Assembly: GCA_016932855.1 (NCBI GenBank)
Contig: JAFGCB010000064.1
Span: 1,767 to 65,766 of the forward strand
DNA: 64,000 bases
Origin: Candidatus Omnitrophota bacterium
GTDB lineage: Bacteria; Omnitrophota; Gorgyraeia; Duberdicusellales; Duberdicusellaceae
Direction of reading: 5' to 3'
Shown here: piece after piece, positions 36,386 through 46,552 of the stretch
Layout: each line of letters opens with the position of its first letter
Numbering within the stretch: position 1 is the stretch's first letter
Translations under genes and position numbers: made by a program
Notes under the pieces: model-generated
What the model saw: only the letters and a program-made list of their open reading frames with translations
Told to the model about the DNA's origin: nothing
The model's database searches: none

Positions 36386-38023
36386 ATGAGAAATTTTGTA
36401 AAAAGGCATAGGATTTTATACAATATCATTTTTTCCCTTTGGGGTTATGTCTATATGTTAATGGTGCGATTTATTTTCAGGAATATAAAAGACGCAAAAC
36501 ATGGTTTAAGAGGGACTAAACCAAAAGTTATAATCTTCGGCTTACGGACCATACCTACTAGTAACCTGGCTTATTTTGACGCTATTTTCGCTTACGCCTT
36601 TAGAAAGTTAGGGTGTCAGGTAAAGATGCTTTATTGTGATGGGGCATTAGATTCCTGTGATGCTGATACGGTTTTCCGGGATCAAAAATCACAGTGTTTC
36701 CTTTGCCGGAAATTAGGCCCAAGCCTTAAGCGTTCTCTAGGATTGGATTGCCTTTCTTATCGTGATTACATAAGCGACACTGACAAAAAAGAAATAGCCA
36801 ATATAGTTGAAGGACTAAGAAAGGACGAGCTTTTTAGCTATGTATATAAAGGGATTAACGTCGGTAATCATGCCAAGCTTTCAGGCATAAGGTATTTCTT
36901 GTGCGGCAGGCTGGATGTAGACGATCCGACCCAGGAGGCTTTATTGAGGAAAAAACTTTTCTATGGCATGGTTACGGCTAAGGTTGCCGAAGAATTATAC
37001 CGTCAAGAAAAGCCGGATATAGTTTTCATGCTTCATGGCGAGTACAGCAGTTGGGGCCCTTTTATGGATTATTGCCGTAGTAAGCAGATCGATGTCACTG
37101 TTTATGCTCGCGAGGCTTACCGCTTCAGTTCATTTATATTTAGCCGTAACGGTAAGGAATATGAATTAACCGCGAAGCAAGCTTGGGAAGAATTTAAGCA
37201 GATTCCTTTATCTAAGGCTGAGAACGCCCAGGTCGAGGAGTATATATCCGCTAGGTTTAAAGGAACGACAAGAGATCATCTAATGTATAAAAAGAACATA
37301 AATAAAAGGTGGGCCAGCTTCTTAGAGACGCGTCTATTTCACGGTGCATATAAGCGAAGATACGTTGTATATAGCAGCATACTTTGGGATTCTCCGGTTC
37401 AGGACGGTCAAAGCCTGTTGTTTCGTGATTCCTTCGAGTGGATTGATGCCACGATAAATTATTTTATCGATAAGCCCGAATTCCAGCTTATTATCAAGCC
37501 CCATCCCGGAGAACGGATCTGGGAGAAAGGGACCCGGACTATCTACAGCTATATCCTGGATACCTATCCGGATTTACCCGATAATATAGTAGTTTTAGAT
37601 TCGGACATGCCTTTAGGTGCTCATGACTTAATTACTTCCGATACTCTTTGTTTGACTTTTACCGGTACACTTGGATTAGAGTTTGCTACCGAAGGGATCC
37701 CAGTTTTAGTGGTAGGTAAAGTTCATTATAAAGAAGCCGGAGTTGTTTATAAGGTTAACACTATTGAAGAATATCTGCGTTTACTTGATGATTTCCAGGA
37801 AGTAAGGCGATTTTCAAAAAACAATAAAGATCTGGCAAGAAAATACGCCTATTTTTATTTTTTCAGGCGCATGATCGAAATACCATTTTATAGCAAAAGT
37901 CAGTGGGCTGAAATGGATTGGCGGGTTATCGCTGATACCAAGAAATTATTCGGCGATGATAGCAATATCATGAAAATATGTAAAAAAATTATATCCGGCC
38001 ATGATATTTTAATGCCGTTATAA
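36386..38023 (+). CDS. putative GT-B glycosyltransferase with HP motif (KpsS/KpsC capsule-synthesis-like / sialyltransferase-like)
   Basis: ~545 aa. An IIKPHPGE motif is followed ~50 aa later by a T/G-rich segment (TFTGTLGLEFATEG). This resembles the HP + S/T motifs of KpsS/KpsC and bacterial sialyltransferases. Speculative family call. Confidence 0.35.
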   Translation: MRNFVKRHRILYNIIFSLWGYVYMLMVRFIFRNIKDAKHGLRGTKPKVIIFGLRTIPTSNLAYFDAIFAYAFRKLGCQVKMLYCDGALDSCDADTVFRDQKSQCFLCRKLGPSLKRSLGLDCLSYRDYISDTDKKEIANIVEGLRKDELFSYVYKGINVGNHAKLSGIRYFLCGRLDVDDPTQEALLRKKLFYGMVTAKVAEELYRQEKPDIVFMLHGEYSSWGPFMDYCRSKQIDVTVYAREAYRFSSFIFSRNGKEYELTAKQAWEEFKQIPLSKAENAQVEEYISARFKGTTRDHLMYKKNINKRWASFLETRLFHGAYKRRYVVYSSILWDSPVQDGQSLLFRDSFEWIDATINYFIDKPEFQLIIKPHPGERIWEKGTRTIYSYILDTYPDLPDNIVVLDSDMPLGAHDLITSDTLCLTFTGTLGLEFATEGIPVLVVGKVHYKEAGVVYKVNTIEEYLRLLDDFQEVRRFSKNNKDLARKYAYFYFFRRMIEIPFYSKSQWAEMDWRVIADTKKLFGDDSNIMKICKKIISGHDILMPL

Positions 38024-38106
38024 ATATAGGCCCGTCGATGAAAACCGGACAGTTTTAATCTTTGAGTGTCATTGGTTATAACGAATAAGGGAAAGCGAAA
38101 AGAATA

Positions 38107-39573
38107 ATGAAGATTAAAAGCTTTGCCGAATTAGGCTCTCTATTGACCGGTCACCATAGCCTTAAACAACTTCTGTTTAAGAATACATTCTGGGTTAGCG
38201 TATCTTTGGGGGTAGGCCAACTATTGCGGGCAGCTTTATTTATCTATATGGCCAGGATTCTGCAGGCTACGCATTACGGAATTTTTAGTTTTGTTTTAGC
38301 TTTCGTCTCTCTTTTTACTGCTTTTTTCGACCTTGGCCTTTCTTCGATAATTACCCGAGAATTTTCTCAGAATAAAGAAAGAGAAAAAGATTTTTACTCC
38401 TTGGTTTCTCTTAAGTTTTTTGTCGGCTTAGTGACTATTCTTGCCATCGTTATAAGTTCATTTTTTATTACTCCTTCTTTCCAGATCCGGAAGGCTATCT
38501 GGATTATGGCTTTTTTTTCCTTCCTTACCCAATTTTTTGAGGTTTTCTACGCTTTTTTAAGGGCCCGTCAACGTATGGAATATGAGGCCTGGGCGAATAT
38601 TTTCCAGACTTTACTGCTTGTATCCTTAGTTTTTTTTGTTCTTTTTAGGAGTCCTTCGGTAATAAATATAAGCCAGGCTTATTTACTTTCAGGTCTTATA
38701 GCTTTAGGTATATTTACATTTTTTTTTCATCGCAAGATTTTACCTTTTAAACTTAGTTTTGGACTAGAGGTTTGGAGCAAGTTTCTAAAAATGTCCTGGC
38801 CTTTGGCTTTGACTTCTATATTTACCATGCTTTATAGCTATACCGATTCGATTATCATGGGTTATTTGAGCCAAATGGCTCAGGCCGGTTGGTATAACGC
38901 AAGTTTACGAATTGTTAAAGTGGCTTGGGTTCCTGGAGGCATTATCTGCATAAGTTTTTATCCGGTTCTAACTCAGTTTGCGGATAAGGCTCGGATAGAT
39001 TTTCAAAGAATATGGGATTATTTCTTGGGAGTAATGTTTATCCTGGCGCTACCTATTGTCTTTGGGGGTATGGCTTTGGCTGAGCGGATTATAATTACTT
39101 TGTATGGCCAGGGTTTTGATCCCTCTATATTGACTTTTCGGATATTAATCGTTATGCAAGGCGTTGGGTTTGTTTCTGTTGCTTTCAGTAATCTTCTAGT
39201 TGCGGTTAATCAGCAAAAAAAGATTTTTTGGACTACTGTAAGTGGTGCGGTTATGAATATAATTTTGAATCTTATTCTTATCCCCCGGTTCAGTCTTTAC
39301 GGAGCTGCGGTAGCGAGTCTTATAAGCTATCTTGTGGTTCTAATTTTTTATTTTTGGTTTTCGTTCCGCTTTGTAGGTATAGTCTGTCTAAGCCCTAAGG
39401 TTAGCTTGATTGCCACAGCTTCAATATTTTCCAGTATAGCTATGTTTTTCGCAGTTATAACGCCCTTTGTGTATAAGCTTAATGTCTTGTTTTCAATATC
39501 TATAGGTGCCTGTATCTACGGTATGGTATTTCTAAGTTTGGCGTTAATCTGGAACGGGTTGCGAAAACAGTAA
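38107..39573 (+). CDS. MOP-superfamily polysaccharide flippase (Wzx-like)
   Basis: ~488 aa, highly hydrophobic with ~12-14 predicted TM segments; typical Wzx length and composition. Confidence 0.6.
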   Translation: MKIKSFAELGSLLTGHHSLKQLLFKNTFWVSVSLGVGQLLRAALFIYMARILQATHYGIFSFVLAFVSLFTAFFDLGLSSIITREFSQNKEREKDFYSLVSLKFFVGLVTILAIVISSFFITPSFQIRKAIWIMAFFSFLTQFFEVFYAFLRARQRMEYEAWANIFQTLLLVSLVFFVLFRSPSVINISQAYLLSGLIALGIFTFFFHRKILPFKLSFGLEVWSKFLKMSWPLALTSIFTMLYSYTDSIIMGYLSQMAQAGWYNASLRIVKVAWVPGGIICISFYPVLTQFADKARIDFQRIWDYFLGVMFILALPIVFGGMALAERIIITLYGQGFDPSILTFRILIVMQGVGFVSVAFSNLLVAVNQQKKIFWTTVSGAVMNIILNLILIPRFSLYGAAVASLISYLVVLIFYFWFSFRFVGIVCLSPKVSLIATASIFSSIAMFFAVITPFVYKLNVLFSISIGACIYGMVFLSLALIWNGLRKQ

Positions 39574-39574
39574 G

Positions 39575-40231
39575 ATGAAAAGACTTATTCTAAAATTTTT
39601 TACTCGCCTTATTAGACAGATACGTATTTTCTGGCTTTTTAAAATAGGTGTTTTTATCAGGATATTTAAAAAAAGGCCTTATCCGGTTAATAAGGACGGT
39701 AAAGTCCTTATTCATGTCGGATGCGGCGAGCTTGATGATAGGCGGTTTATAAATGTTGATAGCCGTGTTGCCGGGCATGTTCATGTTGTAGGCACAATTG
39801 AGGACTTTCCGTGCTTGTTTCCTGAAGGTTACGCTGATTTGATATATGCCTGTCATGTGCTTGAGCATGTTTCACATCTTAAGCTTATCGAGACTCTTTT
39901 AGGATTGCGTAGATGTTTAAAGAAGGGTGGTATATTGCGTGTTTCCGTGCCGGATTTTAAGACTTTAGTTTATATTTATGAAAATAATAAGTCTCTTGAT
40001 TATATTATACCTCCTCTAATGGGCGGCCAGGGATATGCTTTTAATTTCCACCATTCTGTATTTGATGAGTCCTATCTTAGCCGTCTATTCTTGGAAGCCG
40101 GCTTTTCCCAGGTAAGGCTATGGGATCCTCAAAAGGTTGAATATCATGAATTTGACGATTGGTCTAGGAGAAAAATTAATTTGTCCGGGCAGGAGTTCAG
40201 TATAAGTCTGAATTTGGAAGCTGTTAAATAG
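39575..40231 (+). CDS. class I SAM-dependent methyltransferase (Methyltransf_11-like)
   Basis: VLIHVGCGEL… SAM motif I; LIYACHVLEHV motif II; LKKGGILRVSVP motif III. Confidence 0.55.
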   Translation: MKRLILKFFTRLIRQIRIFWLFKIGVFIRIFKKRPYPVNKDGKVLIHVGCGELDDRRFINVDSRVAGHVHVVGTIEDFPCLFPEGYADLIYACHVLEHVSHLKLIETLLGLRRCLKKGGILRVSVPDFKTLVYIYENNKSLDYIIPPLMGGQGYAFNFHHSVFDESYLSRLFLEAGFSQVRLWDPQKVEYHEFDDWSRRKINLSGQEFSISLNLEAVK

Positions 40232-40234
40232 ACA

Positions 40235-41380
40235 ATGCTTACGAGTAGCGCTTTAATTTTTATTTCTTATCATCCTGGAAGTTTAATCGAATACGAGCAG
40301 ATAAAGAATAAACAGCCTAAAAAAAAGGCGAATATTCTAATTATTTGCGACCATCCTTATTTGAATCAGGAAATTATAGATTTGTATTCCAAGCGTTTCG
40401 ATAGGGTGATTATTCTTCCTTTGATAAGATACCAGCCGAATATTCTTTCAGGGTTTTTTAGACTTTGGCGATTTCACAAACTTTTTAGAAAAGAGATCGC
40501 CTCTATTTTAGAGGCTATTAGTGAATATGACATTATTTCCGATTGCTCAGCTTATTTGCCGGTAAATGTCCTTATCTCTGAGTTACGAAGAGACGTCAAG
40601 TTTAAGAGGTTAGTCAGTATTCGTCAAGATCGGCGTTATAATTTAGATATCGATATTTTTCGTACGGCTCTCGCTTTTATTTATATTTTTTTCTTTCGGC
40701 TTTCTTTGGTTTGGGTCCATAGAGTGCATAAATATACCTATTGTCGGGAGCCCCGGGATGAAATTATATTATTTCGGGATAAGTTTTTTGAAAAACATCT
40801 TTCTAAAGAAGTAAAGCCCCGGTCTGCCCCAGTCGCTTATCTTACTTGGCCTCTTCGGTCTCGGGGTTCTTTTGAAGATACGGTTATCTTTTATAGCGAT
40901 ATTGATTTTAGGAGTGATGCTTCTATTTTGTCGGAGGAAGAATTTCGCAAGCGGCTCATGATTTTCTTTAAGAAATTTGCCGAGGTTTACAAAAACTGTA
41001 GGATAATCTGTAAGCCTCATCCTTCCAATATACGAGGCATCTTACCTGGTTTAGAACAGGTAAAATATGAGTTATATCAAGGGGGACTTATTTCCCAAAT
41101 GCATCTGGAGCAGCTTATCCGGAATGTGCGGGCCTGCTATTCGATATCTTCGACTTCGCTTCTGTATTCAGCCCAAAGAGGCATCGCCTCATATGCTATG
41201 TACAAATATCTTGGGTTTGGCGGGATATATCCTAGGGTATATTTCGAAACCGATTTTGTTAAAGATAACCCTTTTCTTTATGCGCTTACCAGTATTGAGG
41301 AAATTGCTGCGATCGATTCTCTTGATGCCGAATCGGCTTTACGAGAGCGGGCTATTTCGTATACCGCAAAGAAAGAGTGA
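40235..41380 (+). CDS. hypothetical protein; possible GT-B sialyltransferase-like enzyme (HP + SS motifs)
   Basis: ~381 aa. ICKPHPSN is followed ~40 aa later by YSISSTSLLYSAQRG. This is reminiscent of HP/S-S motifs of GT38/GT52/GT80-type (poly)sialyltransferases. Speculative. Confidence 0.3.
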   Translation: MLTSSALIFISYHPGSLIEYEQIKNKQPKKKANILIICDHPYLNQEIIDLYSKRFDRVIILPLIRYQPNILSGFFRLWRFHKLFRKEIASILEAISEYDIISDCSAYLPVNVLISELRRDVKFKRLVSIRQDRRYNLDIDIFRTALAFIYIFFFRLSLVWVHRVHKYTYCREPRDEIILFRDKFFEKHLSKEVKPRSAPVAYLTWPLRSRGSFEDTVIFYSDIDFRSDASILSEEEFRKRLMIFFKKFAEVYKNCRIICKPHPSNIRGILPGLEQVKYELYQGGLISQMHLEQLIRNVRACYSISSTSLLYSAQRGIASYAMYKYLGFGGIYPRVYFETDFVKDNPFLYALTSIEEIAAIDSLDAESALRERAISYTAKKE

Positions 41381-41393
41381 TGGCAGGTTTTAG

Positions 41394-42266
41394 ATGTTGA
41401 CTATATTCACTATTCCTAAACCTTTCCTTGGACGCCTGGAGACAATACAACGAAATGCCCTTAAAAGCTGGTGTTTACTTAAGGGGGGATGTGAAATAGT
41501 CTTATTTGGAGACGACGAAGGCGTATCTGAAGCCGCAGCTGACTTTGGGGTTTTAAATATCCCTGGGATTAATAGAAATTCTACCGGTACGCCCTTTCTT
41601 GATTCGGTTTTTACTAAGGTTGAAGGCTTAGCCAGAAATTCTATTCTGGCCTATATTAATGCTGACATTATTTTAATGGACGATTTTCTCTCGGCAATTA
41701 AGGATGTTTCTAAGACTATGCGGGAGTTCCTCTTAGTAGGGCATCGTTGGGATTTAAAGATAGACGGAGCGATAGATTTTTCCCAGGGCTGGCAGGAGCA
41801 ATTGCGCTTAAAGGCCAGGCATAGTGGCAGTCTTCACTCTCATGCGGGGATAGATTATTTTGTTTTCCCCCGCGGCCTTGTGCAAAATTTTCCGCCTTTT
41901 CTCGTCGGCAGGCCTGGTTGGGATTCATGGTTTATTTACCATATTCGTTCAAAGGGTATACCGGTGGTGGATATTACGAAGCTTAGTATGGTCGTACACC
42001 ATAATCACGATTATTCCCATCATGCTCAAGGTCGCTACGGGGTTTGGCAGGGAGAAGAAGCCAGGTATAACCTTGAACTAGCCGGCGGCTACCATAATCT
42101 GTATACTTTAAAAGATGCTACTCACATTTTAACCAAGAAGGGTTTATTGTTAAATAAGAGCCTTTACCGTTTTTATAGAAGACTTGTGGCAAAATCTGTA
42201 ACATCGCCGTTTTATATGTTATTATATAAGCTTTGGCGCAGGTTTTCCGACCTTGTAAGGGCGTAA
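41394..42266 (+). CDS. hypothetical protein (possible GT-A-like fold)
   Basis: Intact 290-aa ORF in operon context. Contains a DxD-like stretch (INADIILMDD). No confident family assignment. Confidence 0.3.
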   Translation: MLTIFTIPKPFLGRLETIQRNALKSWCLLKGGCEIVLFGDDEGVSEAAADFGVLNIPGINRNSTGTPFLDSVFTKVEGLARNSILAYINADIILMDDFLSAIKDVSKTMREFLLVGHRWDLKIDGAIDFSQGWQEQLRLKARHSGSLHSHAGIDYFVFPRGLVQNFPPFLVGRPGWDSWFIYHIRSKGIPVVDITKLSMVVHHNHDYSHHAQGRYGVWQGEEARYNLELAGGYHNLYTLKDATHILTKKGLLLNKSLYRFYRRLVAKSVTSPFYMLLYKLWRRFSDLVRA

Positions 42267-42277
42267 TTCTTTTTATC

Positions 42278-43558
42278 ATGTTGGATAGGATACGATCACT
42301 GCTTATTACTTTATTGATACTTGCTATAGGGTTTTCTCCCAGAATACCCTTAGGAATTTTCATTCCCGGTCGTAGATTTGATTTGCGGATTGTAGATATA
42401 GTTCTAGTCGTCATTTGCCTGTTTTGGATTTTATATCTTATGATGCGGCCTTACTTGCATTTGACTTCTTTAGCCAAGCCTATAGGTCTGTACTTAGGTA
42501 TTTGTTTTATTACAACTTTTCTCTCCTTGGTTTTTCTTTCTCGGGTTAGTCTTTTAAGGTCTTTCTTTTATTTTTTAAAAGAAGTCGAATACTTCCTTAT
42601 TTTTTTTGTTGTAGCTAATTGGGTAAGTAGCAAAAATGCGCTATTAAGAGGGCTTCAGGCAATTATTGTAAGTGGGCTGGCAAACGTTTCTTGGGTTGTG
42701 TATCAGCTTATTTCCGGAAAAAACGGCCCTTTGTTTAAATTCCTTACTCCCGAAGGAGCTTTTGACAGGCCAAGGATTTTCGCTAGTTACGGTCCGACTC
42801 TTATCGGGGAAGCTTCACCTCTTTCTATCGCCTGTTTTTTCTCATTCCTTTTTTTATTGAGCCTTTGCTGTGCTTATTTCTGGACTGCAAAGAGGAAACT
42901 CTTTTTTCTCTTAGCATTTCTTTTCTTACCTTGCGCTTTGCTTAGCGGCACAAAAATGAGTTTAGGGTTAATCTTAGTGGGAGGATTTGTTCTTTTATTA
43001 AGGTTTAAAATGAAAAGAAAAATATTTTTCTTTTTATTTATACTGACTTTGCTTATGTTTATAAGCGGAGGTCTTCTATATCATATCCCCATAGCCGGAC
43101 GGGCTTTTCATTTCAAGTCATATCTTACTGCAATTTTTCAAGAGCGGTTACTGTTTGTGTGGAAGCCTATTTTTTTTGCTAGCCTTAATTACTTTTTGAC
43201 CGGCGTAGGTAAAGGCGCGGTAGTATTGCCCGGGTTCGGCTTTGTGGATGAGACCCACTGTCATTACCTAAAGGTATTTATTGATTCGGGCATTTTCGGG
43301 CTGCTGGCATTTATTGTGCTGATTCTTTCCGTGATTAAGTTATCTTGGAAAATAGGTCTGCGTAGCAGGTTTATTTTTACCAAGATTTTCTCAGCCGCTA
43401 CTTTAGGTATTATTGTCTCGTTGGCTATAGCAGCCGTGTATCATGATGTATTTCGGCCTTTTGTCCCTAATGAATTACTTTGGGTTTTTATCGGGCTTGC
43501 TTGCGCAAGCTGGCGCATAGAACGTAAGAGTTTGCAAAATTCTAATGGTATAGTATGA
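42278..43558 (+). CDS. O-antigen ligase/polymerase-like integral membrane protein (Wzy_C-like)
   Basis: ~427 aa with many TM helices and a large periplasmic-loop-like segment. The start was chosen at an internal ATG after the upstream stop. The tracked ORF begins at 42233. Confidence 0.45.
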   Translation: MLDRIRSLLITLLILAIGFSPRIPLGIFIPGRRFDLRIVDIVLVVICLFWILYLMMRPYLHLTSLAKPIGLYLGICFITTFLSLVFLSRVSLLRSFFYFLKEVEYFLIFFVVANWVSSKNALLRGLQAIIVSGLANVSWVVYQLISGKNGPLFKFLTPEGAFDRPRIFASYGPTLIGEASPLSIACFFSFLFLLSLCCAYFWTAKRKLFFLLAFLFLPCALLSGTKMSLGLILVGGFVLLLRFKMKRKIFFFLFILTLLMFISGGLLYHIPIAGRAFHFKSYLTAIFQERLLFVWKPIFFASLNYFLTGVGKGAVVLPGFGFVDETHCHYLKVFIDSGIFGLLAFIVLILSVIKLSWKIGLRSRFIFTKIFSAATLGIIVSLAIAAVYHDVFRPFVPNELLWVFIGLACASWRIERKSLQNSNGIV

Positions 43559-44937
43559 AAGTAGCTTTAGTAGTACCGCCGAAACAGAAACTCGCCCAGG
43601 ACCAGTTTCATCGGACCCCCCAGATGGGGATAGGCTACATCGCCGGGGGGCTAAAAAGAGAAGGAGTCGAGTTTACGGTCTACAATTCCAAGCACGCCGG
43701 TATTTATGAAGACGAGCTTACGAGATTATTGATTAATGGAGATTATGATCTTGTGGGTTTCAGCTCCATGACTTTTGAAATTAAATCCGTAGGAAGAATA
43801 GCTAAAAATATAAAGAAAGCCAAAAAAAATTGCCGTATTGTCGTGGGAGGCTGCCATACAAACGCCTTACCTAAAGAGAGCATGGAAGAATTTCCTGATT
43901 TTGACCTTATTTGTATCGGCGAGCATGAAGACCAAATCGCAAGCATCTTCAAACTGTTATATACTCGCGATTACGGGGAACTAGAGAAATTTGACCATAT
44001 CATCTTTCGAAAAAACGGCGGGTTATTTTATCGGAATTTAACCCGTCGCTTCATTAAAGATGTCGATAGCGTATTTTGGCCGGCATATGAACTTTTCGCC
44101 AGCAAAGACTTAACCCCGGCATACTTCAGCGCCCGGGGATGCCCTTATTTTTGTTCTTTTTGCCAGCAAAATTCCGGAAGAGTTATAAGAAGACGTAGTC
44201 CCCAGGCGGTCTGTGATGAGATAGAGCATTTTTCTGATTATTTCAAGCAGGACACTTTTACCTTCAGAGACGAGTCATTTACCGTGGATAAAAAGCATAC
44301 CGCTTCCATATGTAATGAGCTTATAAAGCGCGGTCTTAATAAAAAACTTAAATGGACCTGCGAGACTCATTCCCGGGCCGCGGATTATGATTTATTCCGC
44401 TTAATGAAAGAGGCCGGCTGTTACTACGTTGATATCGGAGGAGAGTCGGGCTCTAATGAAATTTTGAAAGCTACCGGTAAAAGCACAACAGTTGAGGCTA
44501 TAATTGACGCCTGCCGTAAGGTAAGGAAGGCGAAACTAAAATTAGGAGGGCTTTTTATATTAGGGCACCCTAATGAGACAAAGAGGACAATGCTTAAGAC
44601 AATTGCTTTAGGCACAAAGCTTAACCCCGACTCAATTACATTTTCCATGATGACGCCGTTTCCGGGAACCAAAGTTTATGAGTATGCTTTGAGGAATGAA
44701 GCGGGCTTAAAGCTCTTAACCAAAGACTGGGAACGCTACGACAATATAACCGGATCAGCCATGGCCTGGGATGCTTTCTCTCTAAAAACGATTAAAATTT
44801 TTCAGCTAGTGGGGCTTGTTTTGTATCATATTTATAATTTGCGACTTGTGCAGTTTACCAAGTATTTACATCGGCACAAGAAGGGGATTATCAGTTACTT
44901 TCTTGCATTTTTCGGTATCCGCTATAAAGAGTTTTGA
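43555..44937 (+). CDS. cobalamin(B12)-binding radical SAM enzyme, paralog 2
   Basis: B12-binding-like N-terminus (VALVVPP…LVGFSSMT…VVGGCH); CxxxCxxC (RGCPYFCSFC); ATGA overlap with the upstream gene. Confidence 0.75.
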   Translation: MKVALVVPPKQKLAQDQFHRTPQMGIGYIAGGLKREGVEFTVYNSKHAGIYEDELTRLLINGDYDLVGFSSMTFEIKSVGRIAKNIKKAKKNCRIVVGGCHTNALPKESMEEFPDFDLICIGEHEDQIASIFKLLYTRDYGELEKFDHIIFRKNGGLFYRNLTRRFIKDVDSVFWPAYELFASKDLTPAYFSARGCPYFCSFCQQNSGRVIRRRSPQAVCDEIEHFSDYFKQDTFTFRDESFTVDKKHTASICNELIKRGLNKKLKWTCETHSRAADYDLFRLMKEAGCYYVDIGGESGSNEILKATGKSTTVEAIIDACRKVRKAKLKLGGLFILGHPNETKRTMLKTIALGTKLNPDSITFSMMTPFPGTKVYEYALRNEAGLKLLTKDWERYDNITGSAMAWDAFSLKTIKIFQLVGLVLYHIYNLRLVQFTKYLHRHKKGIISYFLAFFGIRYKEF

Positions 44938-45017
44938 TAGGATATGGGACTCGATAACGAGCTTGACTTAATTTTTTATAAGTAATTATAAAGTAAAGAA
45001 GCTTATCTTGGGGTTTA

Positions 45018-46439
45018 TTGATAGTTATGGATGTATTATTGCTTAAGCCTTATTCAGATATTTTTAATGTAGTTGCGCCTTTAGGTTTGGGTTATTTAGC
45101 CGCGGCTTTAAAAAAAGAAGGCATTTCGTCGAGAATAATCAACCTTAATAAAGATCGGTTTACTATTCCGGAATTAGCCGATTTTATAAAACGGGAAAAG
45201 ATTTCTGTGGTCGGAGTTTCCTGTTGTTCTAACGAGCATAGTTGGCTTGAAGATTTTTCCCGGATTCTTGAATATTTGCCCGAGGTATCGCTGGTTGCAG
45301 GGGGTCCGCATCCCACGGGTTTGTCTAAAAGATTAATGGAATTAATCCCCCGAATTAATTTTATTATCCGGGCTGAAGCAGAAGAATCTCTGCCTCAGCT
45401 TGTCAGGATATTGATTAATAGAAGGACAGACGACTTTTCTTTGTCAAATATAGCCAATTTAGTTTGGAGAGATAACTCAGGTTCTCTTATTGAAAATACC
45501 CTAAGGTTTCCCGATAATCTTGATGCCTTAGAGTTTCCTGATTGGAATGCGCTTTCGCCGGCAGACTACTCTAGGTTTTCTCCTCACGGGGGTTTTAGAA
45601 AATCTTTGCCCGTAGCTCAAATAATTACTACCCGAGGCTGTCCCTGCGCCTGCAGGTATTGCGCTGCTGAGCTCATGAATGGCAAGGCCTTAAGGAAGCG
45701 CAGCTGCCGCTCGGTCTTATCGGAGATTGATTACTTGGTAAATAAACACAATGTTAAAGAAATCCACATAGAAGACGACAACTTTACGTTTGATAAGAAC
45801 CACGCCCTAGGTATTTGCAGGGCTATTCAAAAGAGCGGCTATAAGCTTTATTTTGGTTTGCCTAACGGGATAAGATTAGATAGATTCGATGAAGAGGTTC
45901 TTAAAGAGCTTAAGAATACAGGATTTTACTTTTTTTCCTTAGGTATAGAAAGCGGCAGCCCCGCGACACTTAAGAAGATGGGTAAATTCATTGATTTAGA
46001 TAAAGTAAAAAGCGCCCTTAGCTTAATGAGAAGATATGATTTTATAATAAAAGGGTTTTTTATTATAGGTTATCCCGGTGAGACGAAGAAGGATATCTTT
46101 AAGACTATAGAATTTGCGAAATCCTTGGATTTAGACCAGGCTTTTTTTTCTTTTTACATTCCTTTTCCCGGAACCCCGGAGTTTTCCCGGCTTGAGGCGG
46201 AGGGAAAAATAGATACCACCAGTTGTAATTGGGATAATTTTTATAGCGGTAAGTTTACCAAGCCGCCGTATATTCCCGAGGGAATTAATGAGCAGGAACT
46301 AAAGAAAATGCTCGCGCTGGCTTTCCGGTCATTTTATTTTCGGCCGAAGATAGCCGTAAGACTGGTAAAGGATTTTCACTCTTTTGTTCATGTTAAAAGC
46401 GTTTTCAGAGCTGTTTTGTCATTGATGAGCAAAGCTTAA
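45018..46439 (+). CDS. cobalamin(B12)-binding radical SAM enzyme, paralog 3
   Basis: B12-binding-like N-terminus; CxxxCxxC (RGCPCACRYC); ~473 aa. Confidence 0.75.
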   Translation: MIVMDVLLLKPYSDIFNVVAPLGLGYLAAALKKEGISSRIINLNKDRFTIPELADFIKREKISVVGVSCCSNEHSWLEDFSRILEYLPEVSLVAGGPHPTGLSKRLMELIPRINFIIRAEAEESLPQLVRILINRRTDDFSLSNIANLVWRDNSGSLIENTLRFPDNLDALEFPDWNALSPADYSRFSPHGGFRKSLPVAQIITTRGCPCACRYCAAELMNGKALRKRSCRSVLSEIDYLVNKHNVKEIHIEDDNFTFDKNHALGICRAIQKSGYKLYFGLPNGIRLDRFDEEVLKELKNTGFYFFSLGIESGSPATLKKMGKFIDLDKVKSALSLMRRYDFIIKGFFIIGYPGETKKDIFKTIEFAKSLDLDQAFFSFYIPFPGTPEFSRLEAEGKIDTTSCNWDNFYSGKFTKPPYIPEGINEQELKKMLALAFRSFYFRPKIAVRLVKDFHSFVHVKSVFRAVLSLMSKA

Positions 46440-46552
46440 AGTATAATAAGATTTGTCTTATTTAACCGGTTTTTAAGTCCGAAGAGATATATTCTTTGTT
46501 TATTTTGGGAATTTATTTATTGGCGTTTTTCAATATCTTAAGAGGTTTTTAA

